A stretch of 59,168 nucleotides of DNA, taken from positions 1 to 59,168 of the IMG/VR virus record IMGVR_UViG_3300048837_000773. One strand, 5' to 3'. A model generated the notes under the pieces. It did no database searches. It saw only the letters and a list, made by a program, of their open reading frames with translations, and was not told where the DNA came from. Positions 36,660 through 46,468 of the stretch are shown piece by piece (positions within the stretch are counted from its first letter, which is position 1; every line of letters starts with the position of its first letter). A program made the translations under genes and the position numbers. This DNA comes from a virus. Lineage: Duplodnaviria; Caudoviricetes.

Positions 36660-38471
36660 GTGATGAAGATGCAGATCAGGATCAACCAGGTGCAGGGACA
36701 GGTGCGGCGGGAGACGCTGGCCGGCCGCGATTACCTGGTGGCGCCGGTGGTGGCCATCCGCGCGGGGGTGCTGAATAACGCGCTGGCGCCGCTGGAGGAG
36801 ATTGGGCGGTTTGTCGATGCCTGGAACGGGATCCCCGTTCCGCTCGGTCATCCAAAGGTGAACGGCCTGCCGGTTTCGGCCAATTCTCCTGAGCTGGAAG
36901 CCCAGGCGGTGGTGGGGCGCTTCTGGCGGGCTGAGCTGGTGGATGACCGCCTGGTGGGGGAGATCTGGATCGATGTGGAGAAGGCGCGGGCGCTGGGGGG
37001 CGATGCGCTGACGGTGCTGGAGCGCCTGGAGAAGGGCGAGGGGATCGAGGTCTCGACCGCGTATTTCTGTGACCTGGAGGAGAAGCCGGGCACATTCAAC
37101 GGGCAGCGCTTTTTCGGGATCCAGCGCAACCTGCGTCCGGATCACCTGGCGCTGCTGTTACACCAGATCGGGGCGTGTTCCTGGAAGGACGGCTGTGGCG
37201 TGCCAAGATTGAACGAACTGCAGACGAACGAACAGCATACCGGAGTGATGATCGCGCTGTACCCATCCGCGGAAGCGGCTGCACAGCTCGCGCTGAGCGG
37301 AGAGGGAGGACTGCCGGAGGATGCAACCATCACGCCGGCAGGGGAAATCCATTTGACGTTGGCGTACCTGGGCGATTCTGCGGAGCTGAAGCCGGAGTAC
37401 CACGGAAGCCTGCTGCAGCGGGTGATGGAGTGGGCGAAGATGACGCCAATTGTACGGGGGAACGTCAGCGGGATTGGGCGCTTCACCACACCCACCACGG
37501 ATGGAATGCAGGCGGTTTTCTTGCTGTACGACTGCGGTTACCTGGAGCACCTGCGCTGGTGGCTGACAGATGGCCTTCCGGTCTCTACACCTAACCGCGG
37601 GTTTATCCCGCACATTACGCTGGCCTACGTGCCGGCGGATGCACCTACCCCTGGCCTGGCACCGGCGCCGCAAGAGCTGGTTTTCGACCGGGTTGGGGTG
37701 GCATGGGGCGGGCAGGTCACTCTGTTCGATCTGCAGGGGGAGGCGGCCATCGCTTCGAATGAGGCGGGGGAGGAGACCGGGATGCAGACCAAAAATGGGT
37801 TTAACCCGGTGAGCCTGGCACGAAAGGCCTTGCAGGGGCTGGCCAGGGCGCTGGGATGGACTGAAACACTGACGGAAGAAACGCCGGCAGTAAACGATGC
37901 CCCTGGGGCGGGGGAACAATCTGAGGAGGTGGCGATGGATCGGGAAGGATTGATTGCGAAGCTGGTTGGGAATGCGAACTGCCCGTTTGATCAGGCAGAG
38001 CTGCAGGCGATGCCAGACAGCGCGCTGACCAAGCTGGAGCAGAAGCTGGAGCATGGATGCGGCACTCCGGCCGCCAACGAAGCAACTGTTGAAGCGGCTC
38101 CGGTGACCAACGAACCAGCCACTGCGGTGGCTGCGGTCGAGCTGACTGTGCCGGCGGAGCTGCAGGAGGTAACAAACCTTCTGCGGGAACTGGGCGGGGT
38201 GCAGGGGGTGAAAGCGGCGCTGGAGACCATCCAGGCGAACGCGAACCTGCGGAAAGGTGAGCTGACTGCCGAGCTGAAGGCCAACGAGCGCTGCGCGTTC
38301 TCGGAAGAGGATCTGCAGGCGATGCGTGTGGACCAGCTGGAGAAGCTGGCCAGCAGCCTGAAGCCGGCCGATTATGGCGGGCGCGGCGGACCGCGGGGCA
38401 ACGCGAGAACCGAGGTGCACCAGGTGCCCGAACCGCCGAAGATCTTGCTGGCAGAACCTGATACGGACTGA
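36660..38471 (+). CDS. DUF2213-type prohead protease/scaffold with an inserted 2H phosphoesterase domain
   Basis: EVSTAY, NLRPDHLALL, GACSWKDGCG; then HLTL and HITL motifs; acidic scaffold-like tail. Confidence 0.75.
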   Translation: MMKMQIRINQVQGQVRRETLAGRDYLVAPVVAIRAGVLNNALAPLEEIGRFVDAWNGIPVPLGHPKVNGLPVSANSPELEAQAVVGRFWRAELVDDRLVGEIWIDVEKARALGGDALTVLERLEKGEGIEVSTAYFCDLEEKPGTFNGQRFFGIQRNLRPDHLALLLHQIGACSWKDGCGVPRLNELQTNEQHTGVMIALYPSAEAAAQLALSGEGGLPEDATITPAGEIHLTLAYLGDSAELKPEYHGSLLQRVMEWAKMTPIVRGNVSGIGRFTTPTTDGMQAVFLLYDCGYLEHLRWWLTDGLPVSTPNRGFIPHITLAYVPADAPTPGLAPAPQELVFDRVGVAWGGQVTLFDLQGEAAIASNEAGEETGMQTKNGFNPVSLARKALQGLARALGWTETLTEETPAVNDAPGAGEQSEEVAMDREGLIAKLVGNANCPFDQAELQAMPDSALTKLEQKLEHGCGTPAANEATVEAAPVTNEPATAVAAVELTVPAELQEVTNLLRELGGVQGVKAALETIQANANLRKGELTAELKANERCAFSEEDLQAMRVDQLEKLASSLKPADYGGRGGPRGNARTEVHQVPEPPKILLAEPDTD

Positions 38472-38472
38472 A

Positions 38473-38492
38473 CCGGTAATCGACGTTACCGG
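38473..38492. repeat. dif/Xer-like site 11
   Basis: (gaa)ccggtaa-tcgacg-ttaccgg, right after a stop codon. Confidence 0.75.
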
Positions 38493-38528
38493 ACGTAATT
38501 CAACTATTTGCAGGAGTGTGGAGGAACT

Positions 38529-38987
38529 ATGGCTCCGAAGACAGTGCTTTTGAAGGGCGACCCAATCCGCAAGGAAGGGAAGGCTGGTGGGGCGATCACC
38601 CCGGGTCATCTGATTGATTTTGACTCGAGCGGTGACCTGGTTGTGCATGCGACTGCCGGCGGGAACGCCCAGCCGCGCTTCGCCATCGAAGAGGATTTCA
38701 TCGGTGATGGCATTGATACGGCGTATGCCGATGACTCGAACGTGCAGTATGTGGTGGCCCGGCAGGGCGATGAGATGTACGCGATCTTGACCACCAGCCA
38801 GACGATCGCGAAGGGCGCTGCGCTGGAAAGCGCCGGCGATGGTACCCTGCGCGCGCATACTCCGCTGGCGATCGCTGAGGGCGGAACGGCCAACAAAACG
38901 GCCTACGCTGACGCGGTGGTAGGGTACGCGCTGGAAGCAGTGACGACCACATCCGCTACCAAGCGCATCCGGGTCGAAGTGGCGTAA
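38529..38987 (+). CDS. Head decoration/cement protein
   Basis: AGGAITPG..LESAGDGTL..VGYALEA; directly upstream of the capsid gene. Confidence 0.7.
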   Translation: MAPKTVLLKGDPIRKEGKAGGAITPGHLIDFDSSGDLVVHATAGGNAQPRFAIEEDFIGDGIDTAYADDSNVQYVVARQGDEMYAILTTSQTIAKGAALESAGDGTLRAHTPLAIAEGGTANKTAYADAVVGYALEAVTTTSATKRIRVEVA

Positions 38988-39042
38988 GCCCTCCCGGCTG
39001 TGATTCCTACTGGTTATTTATTGGTTCCTGGAGGGAATACCA

Positions 39043-40026
39043 ATGGCTCCAAATGAAAATGCTGCTGCTCTGATCACCGACGCGAAGGAATTCTCTGGTT
39101 CGGCGCCGGTGCGGCTGATGCAGGCCGGGTTCATAATCAACGCGCTGCGGACCAATGCGCTGCTGCGCGATACCGAATGGCAGGAAATCGACCGCGCTGT
39201 GGTCGACATTGCGCGCGCGCAGCTCAACGGCATCGCCGATCTGCGCCAGTATGGGTTGGTGCACCCGTTGGGCGGCCTTGGCACCATCCTGACCGCTTAC
39301 GATCTGCAGTCGGACATGACCGATGCGAACATCGACATGAGCGGCGTGACGCCTGGTGAAGAAGACAAGCTGGACTTCACCCAGGTGAACGTTCCTGTGC
39401 CGATCGTCCACAAGGATTTTCGCCTGAACATCCGCCAGCTCGAGGCTTCGCGCCGGATGGGCGATGGGCTGGACGTTTCGCAGAGCCAGGTGGCCACGCG
39501 CAAGGTAGTCGAGGGCCTGGAAGGGCTGCTGTTCAACGGTTCGACCATGAAGGTGAACGGAAACAGCATCTACGGGTACACCACGCACCCGAACCGCAAC
39601 ACCATGACCGGCGCAGACTGGGGCACAATCGCGAACATCTACACCAACGTCAATTCGGCTGTGGCTGCGGCGGAAGCGGACAACTACTATGGCCCGTATG
39701 GCCTGTACGTTGCGTCGGCGCAGTACGCGCAGACCCGCGAGGTCTACACGGACGGGTCCGGCCAGACCGCTGCACAGCGCTGTTTGGCGTCGATCCCGAG
39801 CTTGAAGTACATCAAGCCGTCGAGCAAGCTCACCGACGGTACTGCCGTGCTGGTAACGCTGCAGAAAGACGTGGTAGACCTGGCCATTGCGCAGGATATC
39901 GTGCCTGTGGAGTGGGACGCGCAGGGCGGCCTGGTGCAGTTCTTCAAGGTCATGTGCGCCATGGTTCCGCGGGTGAAAGCGGACGCCGACAGCAAGTCGG
40001 GCATCGTTCACATCTCCGGGATCTAA
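39043..40026 (+). CDS. Major capsid protein (HK97 fold, Linocin-M18/encapsulin-like)
   Basis: LLRDTEWQEIDRAVV, PVPIVHKDF, YGYTTHPNR, YYGPY. Confidence 0.8.
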   Translation: MAPNENAAALITDAKEFSGSAPVRLMQAGFIINALRTNALLRDTEWQEIDRAVVDIARAQLNGIADLRQYGLVHPLGGLGTILTAYDLQSDMTDANIDMSGVTPGEEDKLDFTQVNVPVPIVHKDFRLNIRQLEASRRMGDGLDVSQSQVATRKVVEGLEGLLFNGSTMKVNGNSIYGYTTHPNRNTMTGADWGTIANIYTNVNSAVAAAEADNYYGPYGLYVASAQYAQTREVYTDGSGQTAAQRCLASIPSLKYIKPSSKLTDGTAVLVTLQKDVVDLAIAQDIVPVEWDAQGGLVQFFKVMCAMVPRVKADADSKSGIVHISGI

Positions 40027-40115
40027 ATTGCCCGGTGTTTTACTGGTGGAGGGGAGGGAGCGGCCGGGCTACCCGGAGGCCGCTCCCCCACCCAACCGAT
40101 GGAAAGCGAGGCAAC

Positions 40116-40547
40116 ATGAGGTATCGAATCAGGACCGGCAAGCACTACCGGCAGTTTGAGCGGTTCGGCGCTGGCGACGTGATAGAGCCTACCGAGGCCG
40201 AACTAAAAGCGTTCGGCGACCGGTTTGAGGCCATCGCCGATCCGGCTGATACGACGGGGAAGCCGATGGTGATTGAGACGGTTGCGCCGCTCGAAACGAT
40301 CCTGGGGATTGTGCACGGGCTTAAGGCGCTAGACAGCCAGGCGGACATGGCTGAGCTGCCCGAGTTGCCGGGGGGCGCGAACCAGGCGCTGGCAGAAGCG
40401 GGGATCACCACGCTCGAGCAACTCGCGGCGCTGGCAATGGCGCCGGAAGCGCTGGAGAAGGTGCGTGGGATTGGTAAGACGAAAGCCCGGGCGATCCGGG
40501 AAGCGCTGATGGCAATGGCTGTGGCTGGCGAGGGCGAAAATGGCTGA
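40116..40547 (+). CDS. Protein with C-terminal helix-hairpin-helix (alpha-CTD-like) domain
   Basis: ALAEAGITTLEQL..LEKVRGIGKTKA. Confidence 0.65.
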   Translation: MRYRIRTGKHYRQFERFGAGDVIEPTEAELKAFGDRFEAIADPADTTGKPMVIETVAPLETILGIVHGLKALDSQADMAELPELPGGANQALAEAGITTLEQLAALAMAPEALEKVRGIGKTKARAIREALMAMAVAGEGENG

Positions 40548-40911
40548 GCGTAACCCGAACGCACGCGTAGATGCAGAACAGGTAAGAGATATTATCAGCA
40601 CTGGCCTGACGGATGGGCAGGTGAACGCGATGATCAACACCGCGCACCTGGTCATCGAAGAACGGCTGGGGGATAAGCGTCTGAGCGCGAGCCTGCTCGG
40701 GCAAATCGAGCTGTGGCTGGCTGCGCATTACGTGTGCATGCGGGATCCGCGTAAAAAACAGGTGAAGGTCGACGATACGTCCGTCACATACCAGGGCGAA
40801 ACCGGGATGGGGCTTAAAGCGACAAGCTACGGCCAGCAGGCTATGGACCTGGATCCTACCGGAACGCTGGCCAGCACCAGCATGAAGCGGGCGTCGCTAC
40901 GGGCGGAGTAA
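40540..40911 (+). CDS. Head-tail adaptor (DUF4054-like)
   Basis: IELWLAAH, GLKATSYGQ..LD. Confidence 0.7.
   Translation: MAERNPNARVDAEQVRDIISTGLTDGQVNAMINTAHLVIEERLGDKRLSASLLGQIELWLAAHYVCMRDPRKKQVKVDDTSVTYQGETGMGLKATSYGQQAMDLDPTGTLASTSMKRASLRAE
40579..40598. repeat. dif/Xer-like site 12 (near the 5' end of the adaptor gene)
   Basis: (agaa)caggtaa-gagata-ttatcag. Confidence 0.6.
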
Positions 40912-41271
40912 ATGTTCAACAGCGAAGAACTGGGGCAACTGCGAGAACTGCAAGAATCGGCCATGCCAGATACGGTGACTGTACTGCGCATTACGGTGCA
41001 GGACGACGCCGATCACGGCGGGTCGATCGAGCAGGAAACCACGCTGGAGACAACGCACGGCCGGCAGGAGCCCACCGGATTATCGCCGGAGGAACAAACC
41101 ATCGCGGCGCGCGCGGCGGGCAAGATCACCACAAATTGGATACTGCCATACAGCTCGCAAGCGGAGGATACCGATATCGTGATCGCCGGCGGCAGGCGCT
41201 ACCTGGTGTTGGGGGTAATGCGAAAATCACTGGCCACGGCGCGCCGGCTGGTGTGCGTGGAGGTCCTGTGA
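40912..41271 (+). CDS. Head closure/stopper protein
   Basis: Position; DIVIAGGRRYLV motif. Confidence 0.65.
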   Translation: MFNSEELGQLRELQESAMPDTVTVLRITVQDDADHGGSIEQETTLETTHGRQEPTGLSPEEQTIAARAAGKITTNWILPYSSQAEDTDIVIAGGRRYLVLGVMRKSLATARRLVCVEVL

Positions 41272-41471
41272 AGAAGATCCGTATCAAGATCCTGCCGAAG
41301 GATATGCGGAACACCACGATCACGATGACTTTGCGCGGCGAGGTCTACCAGGTGGAGCGGTGGTTCCATCCGCAGATCCAGATCGGATACGTGCTTATGC
41401 GGGCCGGCATGAAAATCGTGGAGCTGGGCGTCCGGATGATGGGCGTGCAATGGAACGAGGAGCGCGAATGA
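41268..41471 (+). CDS. Small hypothetical protein
   Basis: Overlapping start and stop with both neighbours. Confidence 0.5.
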   Translation: MKKIRIKILPKDMRNTTITMTLRGEVYQVERWFHPQIQIGYVLMRAGMKIVELGVRMMGVQWNEERE

Positions 41472-41989
41472 TTGGAAACGTGGTGCTAGAGTACGACGGC
41501 TTCGACGAACTGGCCGCGGCGCTGCCGCGGGCGGTGGGTCGAATCGTGTGGCGCAGCGCCAACCGGATCCGGTCGTTTGCGATGACGTTGATGCGGGGAG
41601 CCAAGCACGGGCGGTTGTACCGGCGATCGGCGATCCGGAAATCCTACAAGCTGGGCGGGCGCGGGTTCCGGGCATGGCAGGGGGCAGGGGCGAAGGCTGC
41701 CATTGATGGCGACCGGGCCACGTTTGTAACAGGGTACAAGTTCCACCGGGCCAGCGCGCCGGGGGAAGCGCCGGCGATCGACACCGGGAACCTGCGGGGT
41801 TCGATCAGCGCGGATATGACCGGTGATACCACGGCGATGGTTTCGGTGAATGCCGAGCACGGGATCTACCTGGAATACGGCACACGGAAGATGGCCAAGA
41901 GGCCATGCATCCGGCCGGCCGTAGAAGCAGAGCGTCCGCGGTTTACCGCGGATATGCGGAACCTGGAATCTGAATGGAGGCGGGGATGA
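41468..41989 (+). CDS. HK97 gp10-like neck protein
   Basis: ASAPGEAPAIDTGNLRGSI, YLEYGTRKM..RP. Confidence 0.8.
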   Translation: MIGNVVLEYDGFDELAAALPRAVGRIVWRSANRIRSFAMTLMRGAKHGRLYRRSAIRKSYKLGGRGFRAWQGAGAKAAIDGDRATFVTGYKFHRASAPGEAPAIDTGNLRGSISADMTGDTTAMVSVNAEHGIYLEYGTRKMAKRPCIRPAVEAERPRFTADMRNLESEWRRG

Positions 41990-42405
41990 TCAACAGCCTG
42001 ACCTCTACAGATTGGGTGGTCCAGACGCTGCGCAGCGATCCGGAAACGCGCGATATGGTTGATGGCCGGGTGTACCTTGACCTGATCAACCCGCAAACCA
42101 CACCGCAGTACCCGTACATCGTGGTGAGCAAAGCGGCCAGCACGCCAGTCACCAACGCGAGCGCGGACATCTACATGCTGGAGGAACTGATCGACGTGGA
42201 CGTGTACGACCGGTCGAGCACTCCAGAACTGGCGGCGCAGATCCTGGACCAGGTACAGGCGACGCTGCACCAGGCCAGTGGAGAAACCATCGAGGGTACT
42301 GTGATCGGGTGCGTTTTTGAGGGGGAAACTCCGCTGCCTCCATCGGTGGAGGAGCGCGTCATTTACCAACATAAGAGCGGAACGTTCCGCATTTTTACGC
42401 AGTGA
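41986..42405 (+). CDS. Tail terminator (DUF3168-like)
   Basis: VDGRVY..YPYIV..DVY. Confidence 0.7.
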   Translation: MINSLTSTDWVVQTLRSDPETRDMVDGRVYLDLINPQTTPQYPYIVVSKAASTPVTNASADIYMLEELIDVDVYDRSSTPELAAQILDQVQATLHQASGETIEGTVIGCVFEGETPLPPSVEERVIYQHKSGTFRIFTQ

Positions 42406-42413
42406 GGTGAAGC

Positions 42414-43385
42414 ATGGCCGAAAAAGCCGCCATTTTCCAGGGCTTACAGGTAGGGATTGAGAGCGTTGCAGGCACGCCGGTTGCGGCGAACCGCAAGCTG
42501 CTGGCAACCTCGTTCGAGCTAAACCCGCGCAGTGACGGAAACGCCTTCCGCGCCGCGGGGAACAAATATGCCTCGTTCGTGACGGTCAACAAAGAATGGA
42601 CCGAGCTGGGGATGAGCGGCAGGCTGACGTTTAATGAAATCCTGTATCCGCTCGCGTCGCTGATCTCTGAACCGACACCGACGCAGCAGGACGCTACCCC
42701 GGCATATCTGTGGAGCTTCTTTTCGAACACGAGCGCGCCGGACGTCGGGCGTACATTAACAGTCGAACAGGGCGACGCGGACAGCGCCTGGCGCAGCGCC
42801 GGCGTGCAGGTGAATGGAATGACCTTCACCTTCAACCGGAATGAAGTTTCCTTCGCCGGAAACGCGCTGGGTGAAGCCCTGGAGAAGGGAATTACCCTGT
42901 CGGCCAGCCCGACCAGCCTGACGCCGCTGCCGGTGCTGCCAGCCCAGGTGAAGTTCTACACCGCATCTACCCGGACAGGATTGGCCGGGGCTACAGCGAT
43001 GACGCGCGGGTTCTCGCTGGTGTGGGGCCTGACGGATAAGAGCGAACTGGCCTGGCCTGTTGGGGCTGATCCGTTCACGATTGAGAAAGAGCCGAAAGCC
43101 GGCGGGACATTGCGGCTGGCCAGCGATGCGGCCGGTATGGGCATTTTGGACAACCTGCGCAATGGATCGACGTTGTGGTTCCGGGTGGAAGCGATTGGGG
43201 CGTTGATCCAGTCCACGTACTACCAGAAATTCACGCTGGACTTCCCGGCGCAGGTGGAATCGGTGCCCGGTTTTGGCGTGGAGAACAGCGTGCACGTGAT
43301 CGAGTACGGGCTGACTAATGTCCACGATTCGACATGGGGAAGGTCTTTCCAGATCGATATCATCACGAACGTGCAGACGCTGTAA
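42414..43385 (+). CDS. Major tail tube protein
   Basis: QVGIESVAGT N-terminus; position before chaperones and tape measure; no sheath gene seen. Confidence 0.7.
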   Translation: MAEKAAIFQGLQVGIESVAGTPVAANRKLLATSFELNPRSDGNAFRAAGNKYASFVTVNKEWTELGMSGRLTFNEILYPLASLISEPTPTQQDATPAYLWSFFSNTSAPDVGRTLTVEQGDADSAWRSAGVQVNGMTFTFNRNEVSFAGNALGEALEKGITLSASPTSLTPLPVLPAQVKFYTASTRTGLAGATAMTRGFSLVWGLTDKSELAWPVGADPFTIEKEPKAGGTLRLASDAAGMGILDNLRNGSTLWFRVEAIGALIQSTYYQKFTLDFPAQVESVPGFGVENSVHVIEYGLTNVHDSTWGRSFQIDIITNVQTL

Positions 43386-43400
43386 GACCTGAAATTAGAG

Positions 43401-43420
43401 CTGATAAGAACTGTTAGCGG
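43401..43420. repeat. dif/Xer-like site 13
   Basis: ctgataa-gaactg-ttagcgg, intergenic. Confidence 0.75.
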
Positions 43421-43431
43421 TAGGAGGATGC

Positions 43432-43758
43432 ATGCCCATTCACGTCAAGAAACTGAACGATCGCACCTTAAGCGTGGCGTTTACCTACATGGGTGAGACC
43501 ATGGAGGTGGAATACCGGCCGAACGCAATCACGCGAACGGATTTCTTCGAAGAGCTGAAGCAATTCGAGGACGTTGACCAGAGCTTAGTGTTCCAGCTTC
43601 AGGCGGCCGTGGCGCGGTGGGAACTGCTGGACGATGCAGGGAAACCGGAAGAAATCACGCTGGAGCTGGTCAAATCGATCGAGCGGCCGTTCTGGTTTGC
43701 CTTGATCGAGGCGATTAACCAGGACATGGAGCGGCGGATCGCCGCAAAAAATCCTTAA
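43432..43758 (+). CDS. Tail assembly chaperone (gpG-like)
   Basis: Between tail tube and tape measure; ends in slippery A AAA AAT. Confidence 0.75.
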   Translation: MPIHVKKLNDRTLSVAFTYMGETMEVEYRPNAITRTDFFEELKQFEDVDQSLVFQLQAAVARWELLDDAGKPEEITLELVKSIERPFWFALIEAINQDMERRIAAKNP

Positions 43759-43970
43759 CGGCCTACCTCGTTGCGCCGGACCTGTACGAGAAACCGGACA
43801 GGGAAACCATCGACCTGTGGAACTTGGTGCAGTTGGGACGATGGTTGGGCGGGGTGGGGCCGTGGGAGGTCCTGGAGCACATGGACTGGTATGACGATCT
43901 GCTGATGCTGATGGAGGCGGATCGGGCCAAAGCAGAGGACGATGAGAAGCGCTGGAGGCTGAAGGAATGA
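43746..43970 (+). CDS. gpGT-like extension reached by a -1 programmed frameshift
   Basis: The -1 frame from A AAA AAT (43746-43752) is open for 74 codons to TGA 43968-70, which overlaps the tape-measure ATG. Confidence 0.7.
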   Translation, partial: KKSLTAYLVAPDLYEKPDRETIDLWNLVQLGRWLGGVGPWEVLEHMDWYDDLLMLMEADRAKAEDDEKRWRLKE

Positions 43971-46468
43971 CGATTACAGCGGCGCGGCTGCGGGTAGAGA
44001 TTGGCGCGGATACCAAAGGCGCCGAGGATGGGCTGGGCAAGGTCCAAAAGGGGCTGCACCAGCTCGGCTCGGTTGGCCAGGTGGCGCTGGGCACTGTGCT
44101 TGGCCAGGCGATTACGGGCGCCGGGCGGGCGCTGGTGGGCCTGGGGGGCGAAGCGCTGACCGCGTACGGCAGTTTTGAACGGTTGGGATCGTCATTGCAG
44201 CAGTTGGTGGCGAAGGAGCTGCTCCATACCGGGCAGGCCTCGGATATGGGGGAAGCGCTGAGCATGGCTGCGGAGAAAGCGGCCGGGCTGCAGGGATGGG
44301 TGCAAAAGCTGGCTATTCAAAGCCCGTTCACGGCCGCGGGCGTAAGCCAGGCATACCGGATGGCGATGGCGTACGGGTTCAATACACAAGAAGCCAAGCG
44401 CCTGACACAGGCGATGATCGATTACAGCGCCGGATCTGGGGCGAGTGAAGAAACGATGCAGCGGGTCGCGCTGGCTTTGGGGCAGATCCAGGCGCGCGGA
44501 AAGCTGGCCGGGCAAGAGGTGCTGCAGCTCACGGAAGCAGGCCTGAACGTGGACCGGATCCTGGCGGATGCTTTCGGGAAAACGACCGGAGAGATCCAGA
44601 CGATGCGGGAAAAGGGCCTGATCCCGGCGAACCAAGCAATTGAGGCGATTGTAACCAGCCTGGAGCGGGATTTCGGCGGCGCGGCGCGCCGGCAGAGCGG
44701 CACCATTTCGGGCCTGGTTAGCTCGCTGGAAGACCTGAAGGAAGTGGGGCTGCGGGAATTCTTCGGCGGCGTGTTCCGGGAGTTTCAGCCAGACGTGGAG
44801 CTCATGGTGGAAACACTGCAGGATCCGCGCACAATTGAGCAGCTGCGCGAGATGGGTACAACCTTTGCGCGGACGGCCAGGACGATCGTCACAGAAGCGG
44901 GCGAGGTAGTGAACTGGTTCATGGAGATGGACGAAGGGACGCGGAACCTGGCGCTGGGATTGGGCGCCATCGCGCTGGTTGGGCCAACGGTTGTACAGGT
45001 GATGACTGGGCTCTACACCGTGGCAGTAGGGCTACCGGCCGTTTTGGGCACGATCACCACCATGTGGGCGGCGTGGAATGCCGGTTTGAGCCTTACGACC
45101 GTGCTGCAGATCGGGCTCGCGCCGATGGCGGTAACGCTGGGGGCTATTGCGTTAGCCGGCGGCGCAGTGGTGGCGATGTGGAGCGCCTGGAATACTCAAA
45201 TCGTCAAAACGAACGAGCGGGGCAGCGGCGCAGTCGGCGGCGCCATGCAGGAAATGCTGGAGGATATGCGCCAGAGCGGGGCCGATGCGCCGAAATTGGC
45301 GGATGAATTTATCGCGGCGTACGGCCGCATGAACGAACAGATCGCAAATGCGGGCGTAGCGGGTGCTTTCGTCGATCGCATTGGGCTGGCACAGCAGAGC
45401 CTGGCGGCGCTTTCCGGGGAGATTTCAAAAAGCGGGGCCGGTTACAGCACCTACATCACGCAGATGGAACGCGCTGCCCAGGGCGCCGGACTGTTTACAC
45501 AGCGCACCGAGAACGGGCTGCGGGTGTACCAGCGGTCGGCCGGCCGAATCATCGAGATGAGCGACGCAATAGGCGTTCTTACAAGAGAGCAATTCGGCAA
45601 CATCCAGGCGCAGCAGGAAACCCAGCGCGCCACGGCACTGGCCGCGGACGCACAGCGTTATGCAGCTCAGGCGGCGCAAGACCTGGGACAGGCATATCAG
45701 GAGCAGAGCAATTGGGCGGGCGAGGTAAAAACGAAGTTCGACGCGCTGAAAGATGCGCAGCTCAAGCTGAATGAGGCGCAGGCTTCGTTTTCGCAGAACT
45801 ACGCGGATAAGGTGGTCTCGAAGCTGGAGGCGGCGGGGATTAAAGGCGAAGACCTGGCGCGGGCGCTTGGGGCGCTCGATGACAAGATGGGCACGAATAC
45901 GCTGGCAACCTACGAGGCCAACAAGGCGCTTGATGAGGCGATCAAGAATTACGGGAAGACGAAGAACCTGGAAGACTTCGACAAAGCGCTCGAGGCCAAC
46001 AAATCGGCCTGGGAAAAGCTGGATGAGCGCCTGCAGCAGGCAAAAAGCGGGTTCGAAGAGGCGCAGACCGCATTCAATAATTTCATCGCGCGCATCCAAG
46101 AAGCAAACGGGATGGAAGTGACCATCTACGTCAATTCGCTTATGAAAGGCGGCAGCCAAACCAAATCCTCGAAGCGATGGGGCGGAGACGTGACTGACCT
46201 GGACGATACGCGCGCTGCGGGTGGGCCGACGCTGGCCGGGCGGCCGTACCTGGTGGGCGAGGAAGGGCCGGAAATGTTCATGCCGCGGACATCGGGGACG
46301 GTGGTGAACGCCCGGCAGACACAGCAGCTCATCGAAGCGCTGATGACCGGGGGCGGACGCGGCGCGCCGGCGCAGGTGGTTTTCCAGCGCGGTTCGATTG
46401 TGGCGGCGTCGAATATGAGCACACGCGACCTGGCCGTGGCTGTGATCAACGAGATCCGGAGGATGTAA
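43967..46468 (+). CDS. Tape measure protein
   Basis: 833 aa; SPFT..ALGQIQARGKL..E..QL tape-measure domain; RAAGGP..YLVGEEGPE C-terminus. Confidence 0.9.
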   Translation: MTITAARLRVEIGADTKGAEDGLGKVQKGLHQLGSVGQVALGTVLGQAITGAGRALVGLGGEALTAYGSFERLGSSLQQLVAKELLHTGQASDMGEALSMAAEKAAGLQGWVQKLAIQSPFTAAGVSQAYRMAMAYGFNTQEAKRLTQAMIDYSAGSGASEETMQRVALALGQIQARGKLAGQEVLQLTEAGLNVDRILADAFGKTTGEIQTMREKGLIPANQAIEAIVTSLERDFGGAARRQSGTISGLVSSLEDLKEVGLREFFGGVFREFQPDVELMVETLQDPRTIEQLREMGTTFARTARTIVTEAGEVVNWFMEMDEGTRNLALGLGAIALVGPTVVQVMTGLYTVAVGLPAVLGTITTMWAAWNAGLSLTTVLQIGLAPMAVTLGAIALAGGAVVAMWSAWNTQIVKTNERGSGAVGGAMQEMLEDMRQSGADAPKLADEFIAAYGRMNEQIANAGVAGAFVDRIGLAQQSLAALSGEISKSGAGYSTYITQMERAAQGAGLFTQRTENGLRVYQRSAGRIIEMSDAIGVLTREQFGNIQAQQETQRATALAADAQRYAAQAAQDLGQAYQEQSNWAGEVKTKFDALKDAQLKLNEAQASFSQNYADKVVSKLEAAGIKGEDLARALGALDDKMGTNTLATYEANKALDEAIKNYGKTKNLEDFDKALEANKSAWEKLDERLQQAKSGFEEAQTAFNNFIARIQEANGMEVTIYVNSLMKGGSQTKSSKRWGGDVTDLDDTRAAGGPTLAGRPYLVGEEGPEMFMPRTSGTVVNARQTQQLIEALMTGGGRGAPAQVVFQRGSIVAASNMSTRDLAVAVINEIRRM

